Shown here in pieces: positions 30,325 through 39,175 of a stretch of 64,000 nucleotides of DNA (position 1 is the stretch's first letter; every line of letters begins with the position of its first letter). Location of the stretch: assembly GCA_041751875.1 (NCBI GenBank), contig JBGSIC010000013.1, positions 11,858 through 75,857 of the forward strand, in the 5' to 3' direction. The notes under the pieces were generated by a model. That model was not told the origin of the DNA. It saw only the letters and a program-made list of their open reading frames with translations, and searched no databases. The DNA is from Bdellovibrionota bacterium (GTDB lineage Bacteria > Bdellovibrionota > FAC87 > UBA2466 > JACKAF01). A program made the position numbers and the translations under genes.

Positions 30325-30867
30325 TCGGGAAGGCGCGTGCACAGCATCGCGGCGCTCGCAATCCCAGAGCACGAGCCGATTTGGCGGGCTGACTTAACAC
30401 CCCCTCCCGCAAAGTGTTTCCGTGATCCGAGAAAAACAGCAAGCCATCTGCGGAACCACACTTTTCGATCCGACGCGATCGACAGGGGGTGACCAAGATC
30501 GAATCTTCAGATAAAAAGATCGCCTTGGTGAAACGCGCTCGCAGCCTCGCTTTTCAGGCGAGTGGTAAAGCAGTTGACTAGCGTGCGCTCCTTACTCCCT
30601 TTGCACAAAACACACGGAAAACTTTTCCAAATTTTCAAAAATGCTATTGCCTTAGAAAAAGGTGGGCGCTACTTTCTTTAGTTACCGGTTGGGTTGGCCG
30701 AAAGATGTATGGTTTTGCCGATCCATCGAGGTGAGCGCAAAGCGCTCCACCGCTGGCAGCTTTAAACCAAACTATTCATTGGTAAGGATTCTCGGAAGAG
30801 AAGGAGCCTAGTGTGGGTACACCTACTCTTGAAGGGACAGCTGTATCAATTTTTTTGAGTGTGAGGG

Positions 30868-33273
30868 TTGGAAATGGAAATCATAGCTGAAACGCAGCAG
30901 GAATTGGGAAGACTCAGAGAATTTCCCAAGCACCGTATCATGCACGTCCGTAAGCGCGATGGGTCAATGAAACCCGTCGATGTGACAAAAATTATCGAGC
31001 GAGTTACCAGCTGCTGTCAGGGCCTCGACGAGGTCGACCCCTTACGCGTCGCCACCAAAGCCATCAGCGGTCTTTACGACGGAGCCACGACCAAGGAACT
31101 CGACGACCTTTGTATTCAAACCGCGGCGCATTTAATCGCGGAAGAACCCCAGTATTCCAAGCTCGCTGCCCGCCTGCTCAACCTCTATATAGAAGAGGAA
31201 GTCCGCACGCAGAAGCTTGATTCTTTTGCCGCCGCGATGCACGCTGGCTTGGAACTCGGCCTGGTTTCCGAGACCGCTGCGGCCTTTGTGGACGAAAATA
31301 AAGGGCAGCTGGCGGCTGCTATTGAGCCCTACCGCACGGATAAGTATGAATATTTCGGCCTGCGGACACTCTATGACCGCTATCTCCTTAAGCACCCCCA
31401 AACCCGGGACGTAATTGAGACGCCTCAGTATTTCATCATGCGTGTCGCCTGCGGCTTAGCCAGGAATGCCGAGGAAGCCATTGAGTTTTATCGCCTGGTT
31501 TCTTCCACCGATTACATGCCCAGCACACCGACGTTATTCAACTCCGCTACTCGTCGTGCGCAGATGTCTTCTTGCTACCTTTTAGATTCTCCCGATGATG
31601 ATTTGGCAGAGATTTATCGCAAGTACGCCGATATCGCACAGCTTTCGAAATTTGCCGGTGGCATCGGACTCGCCTATTCCCGCGTCCGTTCCCGTGGCTC
31701 ATTGATTCGCGGTACCAACGGCAAGTCCAACGGGATTGTGCCTTGGCTCAAAACGCTGGATTCCTCGGTTGCAGCCGTCAATCAGGGCGGCAAGCGCAAG
31801 GGCGCCTGCTGCGTGTACATCGAGACCTGGCACGCCGATATCGAGGAATTTTTAGAGTTGCGGGAAAACACGGGCGAAGAAGCCAAACGCACCTACAACC
31901 TGAACCTTGCGAACTGGATTCCTAACCTTTTCATGAAAAGAGTGAAGGAAGATGGTCAGTGGTCCTTGTTTGACCCCCGCCAGGTACCCCATTTTCCTGA
32001 CCTTTTTGGAGCGGCGTTTGAGACAGCTTTTGTCGAAGCAGAAGCCAAAGGCCTTTTCGTAAAGCAGGTAAAAGCGCGCGATCTTTATGGCCGCATGATG
32101 AAGAGCTTGGCCCAGACCGGCAATGGCTGGATGACCTTCAAAGACAGCTCTAACGAAAAAGGCAACCAGACCAAGGATCCAGCAAACGTCATTCATCTTT
32201 CCAACCTCTGCACGGAGATTTTGGAAGTGACGTCAGACAAGGAAACAGCCGTTTGCAATCTGGGCTCTTTAAACCTAGGGAACTACGTCGTTCAGAATGA
32301 CTTCGACTTCAAGAAGCTGGCCCGTGCGGTCCGCATCGCAGTGACCTATTTGGATCGCGTCATTGACCTGAACTTCTACCCCATTCCGTCGGCCGAAGTT
32401 TCCAACAAGCGTTGGCGCCCCATTGGGCTGGGTGTGATGGGCTTGCAGGATACTTTCTTTAAGTTGCGCCTTCCTTTCGACTGCGCACAGGCTAAAGAAC
32501 TTTCGCGTCGGATCGCCGAAGAAATTTACTATCACGCGGTTTCGACTTCCTGTGACCTCGCGGAAGCCGAAGGCCCGCACGTCTCTTTCAAAGAAACCCG
32601 CGCCTCGGATGGCCACCTGCAATTCGACCTTTGGGGAGTCAAACCCGAAAAGTCGCTGCGCTGGGATACATTGCGTGAGCGTGTTCAACGCATCGGGCTT
32701 CGCAACTCACTCATCATCGCTATTGCGCCCACAGCGACGATTGCGTCAATCGTAGGGGCGTATGAAGCGATTGAACCTCAGGTCTCAAACCTCTTTAAGC
32801 GCGAAACACTTTCTGGCGAGTTCTTACAAGTGAACCGCTACTTGGTCGAGGAGCTTAAAAAACTCGATTTATGGACCGATAGCGTCCGTAACAAGATCAA
32901 GCAAGGGGAAGGCTCCATTCAGCATATAGAGGAGATTCCGGCCGAAATTCGGGAAATCTACCGCACGGCCTGGGAAGTACCCATGCGCTCATTGATTGAC
33001 ATGGCGGCCGATCGCGGGCCCTATATTGATCAAAGCCAGTCGTTGAACCTATTTGTGGAAAATCCTTCAGTGGGTAAGCTTTCTTCCATGTACATGCACG
33101 CTTGGGAAAAGGGCTTAAAAACGACTTATTATTTACGTTCTCGTCCGGCGACTAAGATTTCGCAGACCACCACGGCGCCGACAGCCGCAGCGCCTGTCGT
33201 GGAGGAAGTCACCACTTCCGAGGCGATCGCTTGCTCGCTAGAAAATCCGGAATCTTGCGAGTCGTGCCAGTAA
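30868..33273 (+). CDS. nrdA: Ribonucleoside-diphosphate reductase class Ia alpha subunit
   Basis: N-terminal ATP-cone (VRKRDGSMKPVDVTKI). Active-site region ILEVTSDKETAVCNLGSLNL. C-terminal CxxC...CESC tail. 801 aa. Confidence 0.9.
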   Translation: MEMEIIAETQQELGRLREFPKHRIMHVRKRDGSMKPVDVTKIIERVTSCCQGLDEVDPLRVATKAISGLYDGATTKELDDLCIQTAAHLIAEEPQYSKLAARLLNLYIEEEVRTQKLDSFAAAMHAGLELGLVSETAAAFVDENKGQLAAAIEPYRTDKYEYFGLRTLYDRYLLKHPQTRDVIETPQYFIMRVACGLARNAEEAIEFYRLVSSTDYMPSTPTLFNSATRRAQMSSCYLLDSPDDDLAEIYRKYADIAQLSKFAGGIGLAYSRVRSRGSLIRGTNGKSNGIVPWLKTLDSSVAAVNQGGKRKGACCVYIETWHADIEEFLELRENTGEEAKRTYNLNLANWIPNLFMKRVKEDGQWSLFDPRQVPHFPDLFGAAFETAFVEAEAKGLFVKQVKARDLYGRMMKSLAQTGNGWMTFKDSSNEKGNQTKDPANVIHLSNLCTEILEVTSDKETAVCNLGSLNLGNYVVQNDFDFKKLARAVRIAVTYLDRVIDLNFYPIPSAEVSNKRWRPIGLGVMGLQDTFFKLRLPFDCAQAKELSRRIAEEIYYHAVSTSCDLAEAEGPHVSFKETRASDGHLQFDLWGVKPEKSLRWDTLRERVQRIGLRNSLIIAIAPTATIASIVGAYEAIEPQVSNLFKRETLSGEFLQVNRYLVEELKKLDLWTDSVRNKIKQGEGSIQHIEEIPAEIREIYRTAWEVPMRSLIDMAADRGPYIDQSQSLNLFVENPSVGKLSSMYMHAWEKGLKTTYYLRSRPATKISQTTTAPTAAAPVVEEVTTSEAIACSLENPESCESCQ

Positions 33274-33290
33274 GCCGGTAGGAAAAAGTT

Positions 33291-34289
33291 ATGCTCTTAA
33301 GCCCAGGTTTTAATCTTACGCTTCGCCCGATGAAGTATCCGGTCTTCTACGAAATGTATAAGAACGGTATCAAGAACACGTGGACCGTAGAAGAAGTCGA
33401 TTTCTCTCGCGACCTGGATCATCTGCAAAATCGCATGACTCCGGCGGAGAAACATTTGGTTAACCGCTTGGTTGCGTTTTTTGCCACCGGTGACTCCATT
33501 GTCGGCAACAACCTGGTCCTAAACCTTTACAAGCACATAAATTCACCGGAGGCGCGTTTGTATCTGTCGCGCCAGCTATTTGAAGAAGCACTCCATGTTC
33601 AGTTTTACCTGACGCTTCTGGATACCTACCTTCCTGACGTGGAACAACGCCAAGAAGCTTTCCGAGCAATCGAGACAATCCCTTCGATCAAGAAGAAAGC
33701 AGAATTTTGCTTTAAATGGATCGACTCCATCAACAAGTTGGAGCGTTTGGAGAGTGAAGGACACCGTCGCCAGTTCCTTCTCAACCTGATTTGTTTTGCT
33801 ACATGTATCGAAGGCCTCTTTTTCTTTGCCGCCTTTGCCTATGTTTACTTTTTGCGCTCCAAGGGCCTGCTCGACGGACTTGCGGCGGGTACCAACTGGG
33901 TTTTCCGAGATGAAAGCGCGCACATGACTTTTGCTTTCAAGGCCATTGAAATCGCGCGCCGAGAAGAGCCCGGCTTGTTTGATCAGCAGATGAAAAATTC
34001 CATCATTCAGATGATGGATGAAGCGATTGAGTGTGAGCTTGCGTTTGCTACTGACGTTCTTGAACACGGGGTCGCAGGACTGTCCATCAACGACATGCGA
34101 CAGTATCTGGAGTTTGTGGCCGATCAGCGCTTAGCGAGCCTGGAGATGCCCCCGCACTTCAACGCGAAGAATCCGTTCGAGTTTATGGCACTGCAAGATG
34201 TGCAGGAACTCGCCAACTTCTTTGAGCGACGCGTCTCTGCTTACCAGACCGGCATCACCGGTCGAGTGGCCTTCGACGAAGAATTCTAA
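33291..34289 (+). CDS. nrdB: Ribonucleoside-diphosphate reductase beta subunit
   Basis: Di-iron ligand motifs (EEALHVQFY and FFAAFAYVYF with the tyrosyl radical site). C-terminal FDEEF tail. Lies directly downstream of nrdA. Confidence 0.85.
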   Translation: MLLSPGFNLTLRPMKYPVFYEMYKNGIKNTWTVEEVDFSRDLDHLQNRMTPAEKHLVNRLVAFFATGDSIVGNNLVLNLYKHINSPEARLYLSRQLFEEALHVQFYLTLLDTYLPDVEQRQEAFRAIETIPSIKKKAEFCFKWIDSINKLERLESEGHRRQFLLNLICFATCIEGLFFFAAFAYVYFLRSKGLLDGLAAGTNWVFRDESAHMTFAFKAIEIARREEPGLFDQQMKNSIIQMMDEAIECELAFATDVLEHGVAGLSINDMRQYLEFVADQRLASLEMPPHFNAKNPFEFMALQDVQELANFFERRVSAYQTGITGRVAFDEEF

Positions 34290-34415
34290 GAGAGATTGCT
34301 TCGTCGCCGCTGGCTCCTCGCAATGACAGGCGCCACTTCCCCCAATGATAGACGTGACAAGGGCGAAGCAACTAGTGATTGCCCCGCCCCGTCTTACGTA
34401 CGCGCCCCCAAAAAG

Positions 34416-35222
34416 TTACAAACTCGCCTGAAGGGTCAGCTGTCCGACCCCTTTGCCCAAACCATCTGCCTTAAGAAGGTCATCGCTGTAGAAAGCGACC
34501 CCGACAGTAAGTTTAGGAGTCACCGCGTACAGCAACTCAGGGTAGGTCCACACCAGTAAACTCCAAGCATCGTTATTTTTAGCTCCGGCCTGGTAGTTCA
34601 AATGGCGAGTTTGGTGAAAAAACAAAGGCAAGGACAACGAGAGCTTATCCGTCAGGCTAATGTCCACAATTGCGTAGACACGGTTTTCGAAAACCGGATT
34701 GGCGGAAGCGTCTGTGCCCGATCCACTTCCCGTACGACTATAAGCGTGAAAAATGGGGATAATTGATCCCGTTACCGTTACAACAGAGGAAACTTTTTTC
34801 GATAGTGTGAAATAGTTTCGAACCGTCGTGATCATGCCCGCGTCTCGGCGCGCCTTGAAGGTAGGTGTAAAAACACGAGGCGCGTAAGTGAACGTGAGAC
34901 TCTCATCCGCGCTTTTCCAGATAGGAGCAAATCTCGCTCGAAAAAACCCGTCGAAGGCATAGAGATCCAACCCGGTGCCATCGCCCCGATGACGCGCAAT
35001 ATTTGTGTTGAAAGCCTGCAAGTAACTTACGTTGATATCTTCCGTAAGATTGATCCCGAGCTCAACCGAGTTCTCCGTATGGAAAGAATCGGCTCCGGAG
35101 GCCGCCATCGAGGGCCGCATGTCCAGCGCTCCCGACACGGTTCCAGGCGTCGCCGCCACTAGCCCCGCACTAAAAAGTCCCAACAACAACGACGAGAAAA
35201 TCCACAAGCTTCTGTTGCTCAT
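34416..35222 (-). CDS. Hypothetical outer-membrane protein
   Basis: Signal peptide MSNRSLWIFSSLLLGLFSAGLVAA (internal Met chosen). Beta-strand-like pattern ending in a C-terminal aromatic residue. Confidence 0.45.
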   Translation of the reverse strand: MSNRSLWIFSSLLLGLFSAGLVAATPGTVSGALDMRPSMAASGADSFHTENSVELGINLTEDINVSYLQAFNTNIARHRGDGTGLDLYAFDGFFRARFAPIWKSADESLTFTYAPRVFTPTFKARRDAGMITTVRNYFTLSKKVSSVVTVTGSIIPIFHAYSRTGSGSGTDASANPVFENRVYAIVDISLTDKLSLSLPLFFHQTRHLNYQAGAKNNDAWSLLVWTYPELLYAVTPKLTVGVAFYSDDLLKADGLGKGVGQLTLQASL

Positions 35223-35398
35223 AAATGGCCCCCTAAACTCTTTTCGAGTTCCCAAGTTTTAGTATAAACCCCCGTACTTCGGCATTCCGATTCCTCTATT
35301 AGCAAGACCCTTGCCATTCTTCCGTAGCCTGGACTGAGCGCGCTTTCTCCCAACCGGTATCTTTTTGACCCTGGTTTACCGAGCATTCTTTTCAAAAA

Positions 35399-35438
35399 GG
35401 TGCCAGGTCACTTTTCCGCCGAAAAGTGCACAGGCACC
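35399..35438. repeat. Imperfect palindromic element, copy 1 (GGTGCCAGGTCACTTTTCCG|CCGAAAAGTGCACAGGCACC)
   Basis: Self-complementary 40-mer. Its reverse complement recurs at 35779..35825. Confidence 0.5.
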
Positions 35439-35452
35439 TTTTTTCAAAGCAC

Positions 35453-35469
35453 CTGGCACCTTTTTGGCT
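35453..35469 (+). promoter_or_regulatory. Candidate sigma-54 -24/-12 promoter (CTGGCACC-TTTT-TGGCT)
   Basis: TGGCAC at 35454-35459 with GC exactly 12 nt downstream of the GG (35455 to 35467). One mismatch to the TTGC -12 consensus. Oriented toward the downstream Cys-rich/histone ORF. Confidence 0.3.
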
Positions 35470-35596
35470 CAGGGCCCCGGCACCTGGGGACTTCTTGGCA
35501 CTAGCGCGTCGCAGAACTAGGCTCGAAAAGTTTTGAGAGAGTTGGCACCCGACTTGCTTAAGCAATGGGTGAGAGGGAAGACGATGAGTAAGACAT

Positions 35597-36190
35597 TTGA
35601 AAAAGGTAACCAAACGTTCCTTAAACGAGTTTCTTGCCGCAAAGTTTTTCACAATGCCATTCGGATCGAGGAACCGATCCTGCTCCTGTCATAAATCTTC
35701 GAATCGCCGCCAAGCAAACTTTCCTGGGGGACCCGAATCCGGTCCCCCTTTCCTCTTGTGCCAGGCATTTTTTCGGAAGGTGCCTGTGCACTTTCCGGAC
35801 GAAGTACGGAAAGTGACCTGGCACCTCAGCGCATTATTGTGTAATCTAGCCCCGGTGGAAATCTGGAAAAAGTGCAGCACTTGTAAGAACCCTATCGCAT
35901 GTGGCGCGAAGTACTGGGCGTGTAATGTTTCGACCTGCAACACCCAGAAGATGGCCTTGGCATTCTGTACGGTGGAATGTTGGGACGCCCATATTCCCGT
36001 GCTGAACCATCGTAGTGCGTGGTCACTCGAAAAGACCGCGCCGCGCACACCGGGCGAACCGGCTTCCAAACCAGTTGCGCCCAAACCGAAACAGCAACCA
36101 CAAGCCTTTTCGGTACCACAAGTAAAAGTGCGCCCCGCTAGCAACGCGACTTTGCCTTCGGCCCCCAAAACATTTTCAGGAGCAAATACT
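35597..36190 (+). CDS. Upstream in-frame ORF: Cys-rich (zinc-ribbon-like) segment plus Lys/Pro/Ala-rich linker. It may be an N-terminal extension of the histone-fold protein, a separate gene, or non-coding.
   Basis: Open frame continuous with the histone ORF. Contains KCSTCKNPIACGAKYWACNVSTC...CTVECWDAH and then PASKPVAPKPKQQPQ. No convincing in-frame ATG/RBS; GTG at 35854 is possible. The 5' part overlaps the palindromic repeats. Confidence 0.3.
35779..35825. repeat. Imperfect palindromic element, copy 2 (inverted relative to copy 1)
   Basis: GGTGCCTGTGCACTTTCCGG...CGGAAAGTGACCTGGCACC. Shares the GTGACCTGGCACC and GGTGCCTGTGCAC arms with copy 1 in opposite order. Confidence 0.5.
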
Positions 36191-36382
36191 ATGAGTGAAT
36201 CATCAGACGATATTTTGATCATCGCCTCGCGCTTGAAGGCTTATATCCGCGACAAATCAGAAATGAACACCTCCGCTGACACGCTAGAAGCGCTCTCGCA
36301 GATGGTGCGACGAGCAGCAGACCAAGCCATTGAAAAAGCCAAACAAGCCGGCCGTAAAACCGTCATGGCCCGAGACTTTTAA
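36191..36382 (+). CDS. Bacterial histone-fold protein (Bdellovibrio Bd0055-like)
   Basis: 63 aa. DDILIIASRLKAYIRDKSEMNTSADTLEALSQMVRRAADQAIEKAKQAGRKTVMARDF matches the MNTSA...GRKTVMARD signature of the B. bacteriovorus histone Bd0055, as recalled from the literature. A strong AGGAG RBS lies 9 nt upstream of the ATG at 36191. Confidence 0.7.
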   Translation: MSESSDDILIIASRLKAYIRDKSEMNTSADTLEALSQMVRRAADQAIEKAKQAGRKTVMARDF

Positions 36383-37194
36383 TGAAATCTCAAGAAGGCA
36401 AGGTTGTCCTCATTACGGGCGCCTCTTCCGGCATCGGGCGGGCGGTCGCGGAAGCCTATCACCAGCTTGGCGCCTCAGTGGTATTGGTGGCGAGGCGTAA
36501 AGAACGCCTCGAAACACTCGCTGCTGACCTTTCCGCCCAAGGTGCTCCGGTATTAGCTTTAACGGGCGATGTCACCAGCGAAGAAAGTATGCGTTCGGTT
36601 GCTGAAGCCGCTCTCAAACGGTTCGGGCGACTCGATGTGCTTTTCGCTAACGCGGGATTTGGTGTAGTCGGAAACGTGGATAAGCTTAGTACCGCCGACT
36701 TTCAGCTTCAATTCGACACCAACGTATTTGGCGTCTTGCGCTCAATCTACGCCTTTCTTCCTGCGCTTAAGGAAAGTCGCGGGAGCATCGCCGTCACAGG
36801 AAGTGTGATGGGCTTTATTTCTCTGCCTGGCGGAGCACCGTACTCCATGAGTAAATTTGCCGTGCGAGCGCTTTGCGATTCTCTTTATGCAGAGCTGCGA
36901 CCCTTGGGCGTATCGGTCACCCACATCGCTCCGGGCTTTGTTGCTTCAGAAATCCGCAGTGTAAACAACCAAGGCGCGCAGGTGGAAAACTTCAAAGAAC
37001 CTGTCCCCGCTTGGCTTCTCATGCCCACCGACAAAGCGGCTCGGCAAATTGTCAGCGCTATTATTCACCGGAAACGCGAACAGGTGGTCACGGCACACGG
37101 AAAAGCCACGGTGTTTTTGCAAAAACATTTTTCCGCGTTGATTGCTTTTTTGGTCAGCCGATTTGGCGTGAAACACCGTACGCAAGCCAACTAA
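36382..37194 (+). CDS. Short-chain dehydrogenase/reductase (SDR) family oxidoreductase
   Basis: TGASSGIGRAVA Rossmann motif and catalytic YSMSK. The start overlaps the histone stop (TAATG). Confidence 0.8.
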   Translation: MKSQEGKVVLITGASSGIGRAVAEAYHQLGASVVLVARRKERLETLAADLSAQGAPVLALTGDVTSEESMRSVAEAALKRFGRLDVLFANAGFGVVGNVDKLSTADFQLQFDTNVFGVLRSIYAFLPALKESRGSIAVTGSVMGFISLPGGAPYSMSKFAVRALCDSLYAELRPLGVSVTHIAPGFVASEIRSVNNQGAQVENFKEPVPAWLLMPTDKAARQIVSAIIHRKREQVVTAHGKATVFLQKHFSALIAFLVSRFGVKHRTQAN

Positions 37195-38012
37195 AGCTGC
37201 GAAGAAAGTCCACTCGACGGGCGTGCGATAGGCAAAAGAATGTCCACGAAGAAGGTTCCCAAGGTCATCTTCTCAAAAAGTTCTGGCGCCGTGTATTTCT
37301 GCGCTTCTAGCACCTGAAACAAAATGGCCTTCCCCAACTGCTTGTCGATCGCCTCGAGCGCTTCGGGATCACCTGAAAGAGCGCGCTGCACTTCTTGCTC
37401 GGTTACATCCTGACCGGAGGCTACCAAAATCGGCCAGATACCCCCAATCGAGTCGTCTTTCAAACGTTGGCGTAAAACGGCGCCGAGTAAATGTAAGTCT
37501 TCCTCAAGTGCTGGAGTAAATCTTCCGGATTCATCGAGATAGCTCACGAGGCGATTATTTTGAACTGTTTGATAATTCGTGAGGTGCTTTTGGTCATACT
37601 CAACCGAATCCACGACTCGCACCCCTCCGTTAGGGAAGTAGTGTCCCGAACGCGAACGCACCAAACCGTTCCCAACGACGAGCGCGATGATTGCCATCGA
37701 GCAGGGAACAATAAGACGCTTCCTCCTCTTGTTCGCCCTGTATTCTTCGTCTTTCAATCGCTTGCGTTCGTCCCTGTCGGAATGCACTTCTCCCAAGGTC
37801 TCTTTAATGAGCTCTCGTAAGGACAGGTGATCGGTCTCTGCTGGGGTGTCGGGCCCAGGGGTAGGCGTCGCCGGTTCGAGAGGCGTTTCCGCACGTACGG
37901 ATGCGGCTAGAAGGCAGAAACACAGGGTGACGCAAAGGCTGATTCGCCCGAGCCTTTGAATCGCAAACTTTTGAGATAATCCCATCTCCCTTGCGTATCC
38001 GGTTGAAGGCAT
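37191..38012 (-). CDS. Hypothetical secreted protein
   Basis: A signal peptide is present. The sequence is charged and Lys/Arg/Glu-rich. No motif. Confidence 0.4.
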   Translation of the reverse strand: MPSTGYAREMGLSQKFAIQRLGRISLCVTLCFCLLAASVRAETPLEPATPTPGPDTPAETDHLSLRELIKETLGEVHSDRDERKRLKDEEYRANKRRKRLIVPCSMAIIALVVGNGLVRSRSGHYFPNGGVRVVDSVEYDQKHLTNYQTVQNNRLVSYLDESGRFTPALEEDLHLLGAVLRQRLKDDSIGGIWPILVASGQDVTEQEVQRALSGDPEALEAIDKQLGKAILFQVLEAQKYTAPELFEKMTLGTFFVDILLPIARPSSGLSSQL

Positions 38013-38095
38013 GAAAACAAGTTCCCCAAGCTCATTTATTGGGAACTTCTCGCCCTCTTTATCGAATTTTTAAGCAGGCTTGGTACCTATCCCTC

Positions 38096-39175
38096 ATGCC
38101 CATTAGACGTTTTTTTAGTCCCTTGGTGCTAGCTTCACTCGTTGCTTCGACGTCGCTAGTTGCCTCTGAGCTCGCGCTGACACTCGAAGTGGCTGGAAAA
38201 GGGGTCCAGGAGCAATACAACCAAAGTCGCTTTGTGGGCGCTTCTTTGATTGGCTCATTTACGACGGACGTCACCCCTTACTTGCAAGGCCATGTGAGAG
38301 CCAAAGTGAGACTGGACCAAGGGTCAAGCCGCTCTACCTTTTTTGATGCCTACGGTCCGCGGCAACAGCTCAGACTCGAAGAGGCTGCCCTCCTTTGGGA
38401 ACCCCAAGAAACGTTTCGCATACGTCTGGGAGCTCTTAACCAAGACCGCCTCGACGTCCCCTCGTTGATCGATAGCCAAACGTTCGTGGCAGCCATGGAA
38501 GAAGCTGATTTTGGCAAATATCTCACTTTGCGGGCTCAGCAAGCTCTTCCCAGCACACCGAATGGGCTTTTGCCGACGACAGGCACGGATTCCACCTTCC
38601 CCAGCTTTTTTTGGACGCAGTTAACCGTGCACGCGGAGGGCGCACTCCGACCTCGCCTTTGGGTGGCCCATTTTGCCTTTTTAGGCTTACCTGCAGAGGT
38701 AGCCCACCCCGGTCGGTTTATGGGGAATTCGGTTTCTGGTGGTGCCGCTGCGTTCAGTACGTTTGATTCGCGCTTTGAAGGCCTTGGGTTGGGGGGGTCT
38801 CTAGAATGGGCGGAAGGCTGGGGCTCGCCCTCGCTTTCCGCCTATGCCCTTTTTAATCCGCACGCCTCGGAAACAGGAGGCGCTCAAGTGGTCCGTCTCA
38901 CCAACACCTGGGTAGAACGCCCAGCCTGGCGCTTGCGCAGTGAGCTTTCCGCCTTTCGTGTCGAGGCCGACGCCACCCCCGCTTTTTACAATCGCCAAGA
39001 GTGGGGTCATTCCAATCGATTCGGTTTTGAGGCTGGCTTAATGGCTGAAATGATTAAAGAAAAGGTATCCTTGGGTGCCAGCTTCACCCACGCAACCCCC
39101 TTAAGGCAGACCCCTTTTCAGGACGAGTTTTTTTACTTGCAGCTCCTCTTCCAGAAGACATATGACTTTTTATAG
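38096..39175 (+). CDS. Hypothetical secreted/outer-membrane protein
   Basis: Signal peptide MPIRRFFSPLVLASLVASTSLVASE (internal start chosen). Ends with a C-terminal aromatic residue. Confidence 0.4.
   Translation: MPIRRFFSPLVLASLVASTSLVASELALTLEVAGKGVQEQYNQSRFVGASLIGSFTTDVTPYLQGHVRAKVRLDQGSSRSTFFDAYGPRQQLRLEEAALLWEPQETFRIRLGALNQDRLDVPSLIDSQTFVAAMEEADFGKYLTLRAQQALPSTPNGLLPTTGTDSTFPSFFWTQLTVHAEGALRPRLWVAHFAFLGLPAEVAHPGRFMGNSVSGGAAAFSTFDSRFEGLGLGGSLEWAEGWGSPSLSAYALFNPHASETGGAQVVRLTNTWVERPAWRLRSELSAFRVEADATPAFYNRQEWGHSNRFGFEAGLMAEMIKEKVSLGASFTHATPLRQTPFQDEFFYLQLLFQKTYDFL

Noticed and set aside
30325-30867. Cobalamin riboswitch or canonical NrdR box upstream of nrdA
   Set aside because: I could not find the B12-box (GCCACTG core in context) or a convincing 16-bp NrdR palindrome by eye. 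Left as an open finding rather than a feature.
35399-35825. Mobile element / MITE interpretation of the inverted palindromes
   Set aside because: No transposase, no target-site duplication visible, and the arms are only about 40 bp. A regulatory or REP-like role is more parsimonious, but this needs a genome-wide copy count.
35689-36222. 177-codon minus-strand ORF antisense to the Cys-rich/histone reading frame
   Set aside because: It overlaps the well-supported histone-fold ORF (with RBS) and has no recognisable motif. It is kept only as a caveat on the coding status of 35597..36190.
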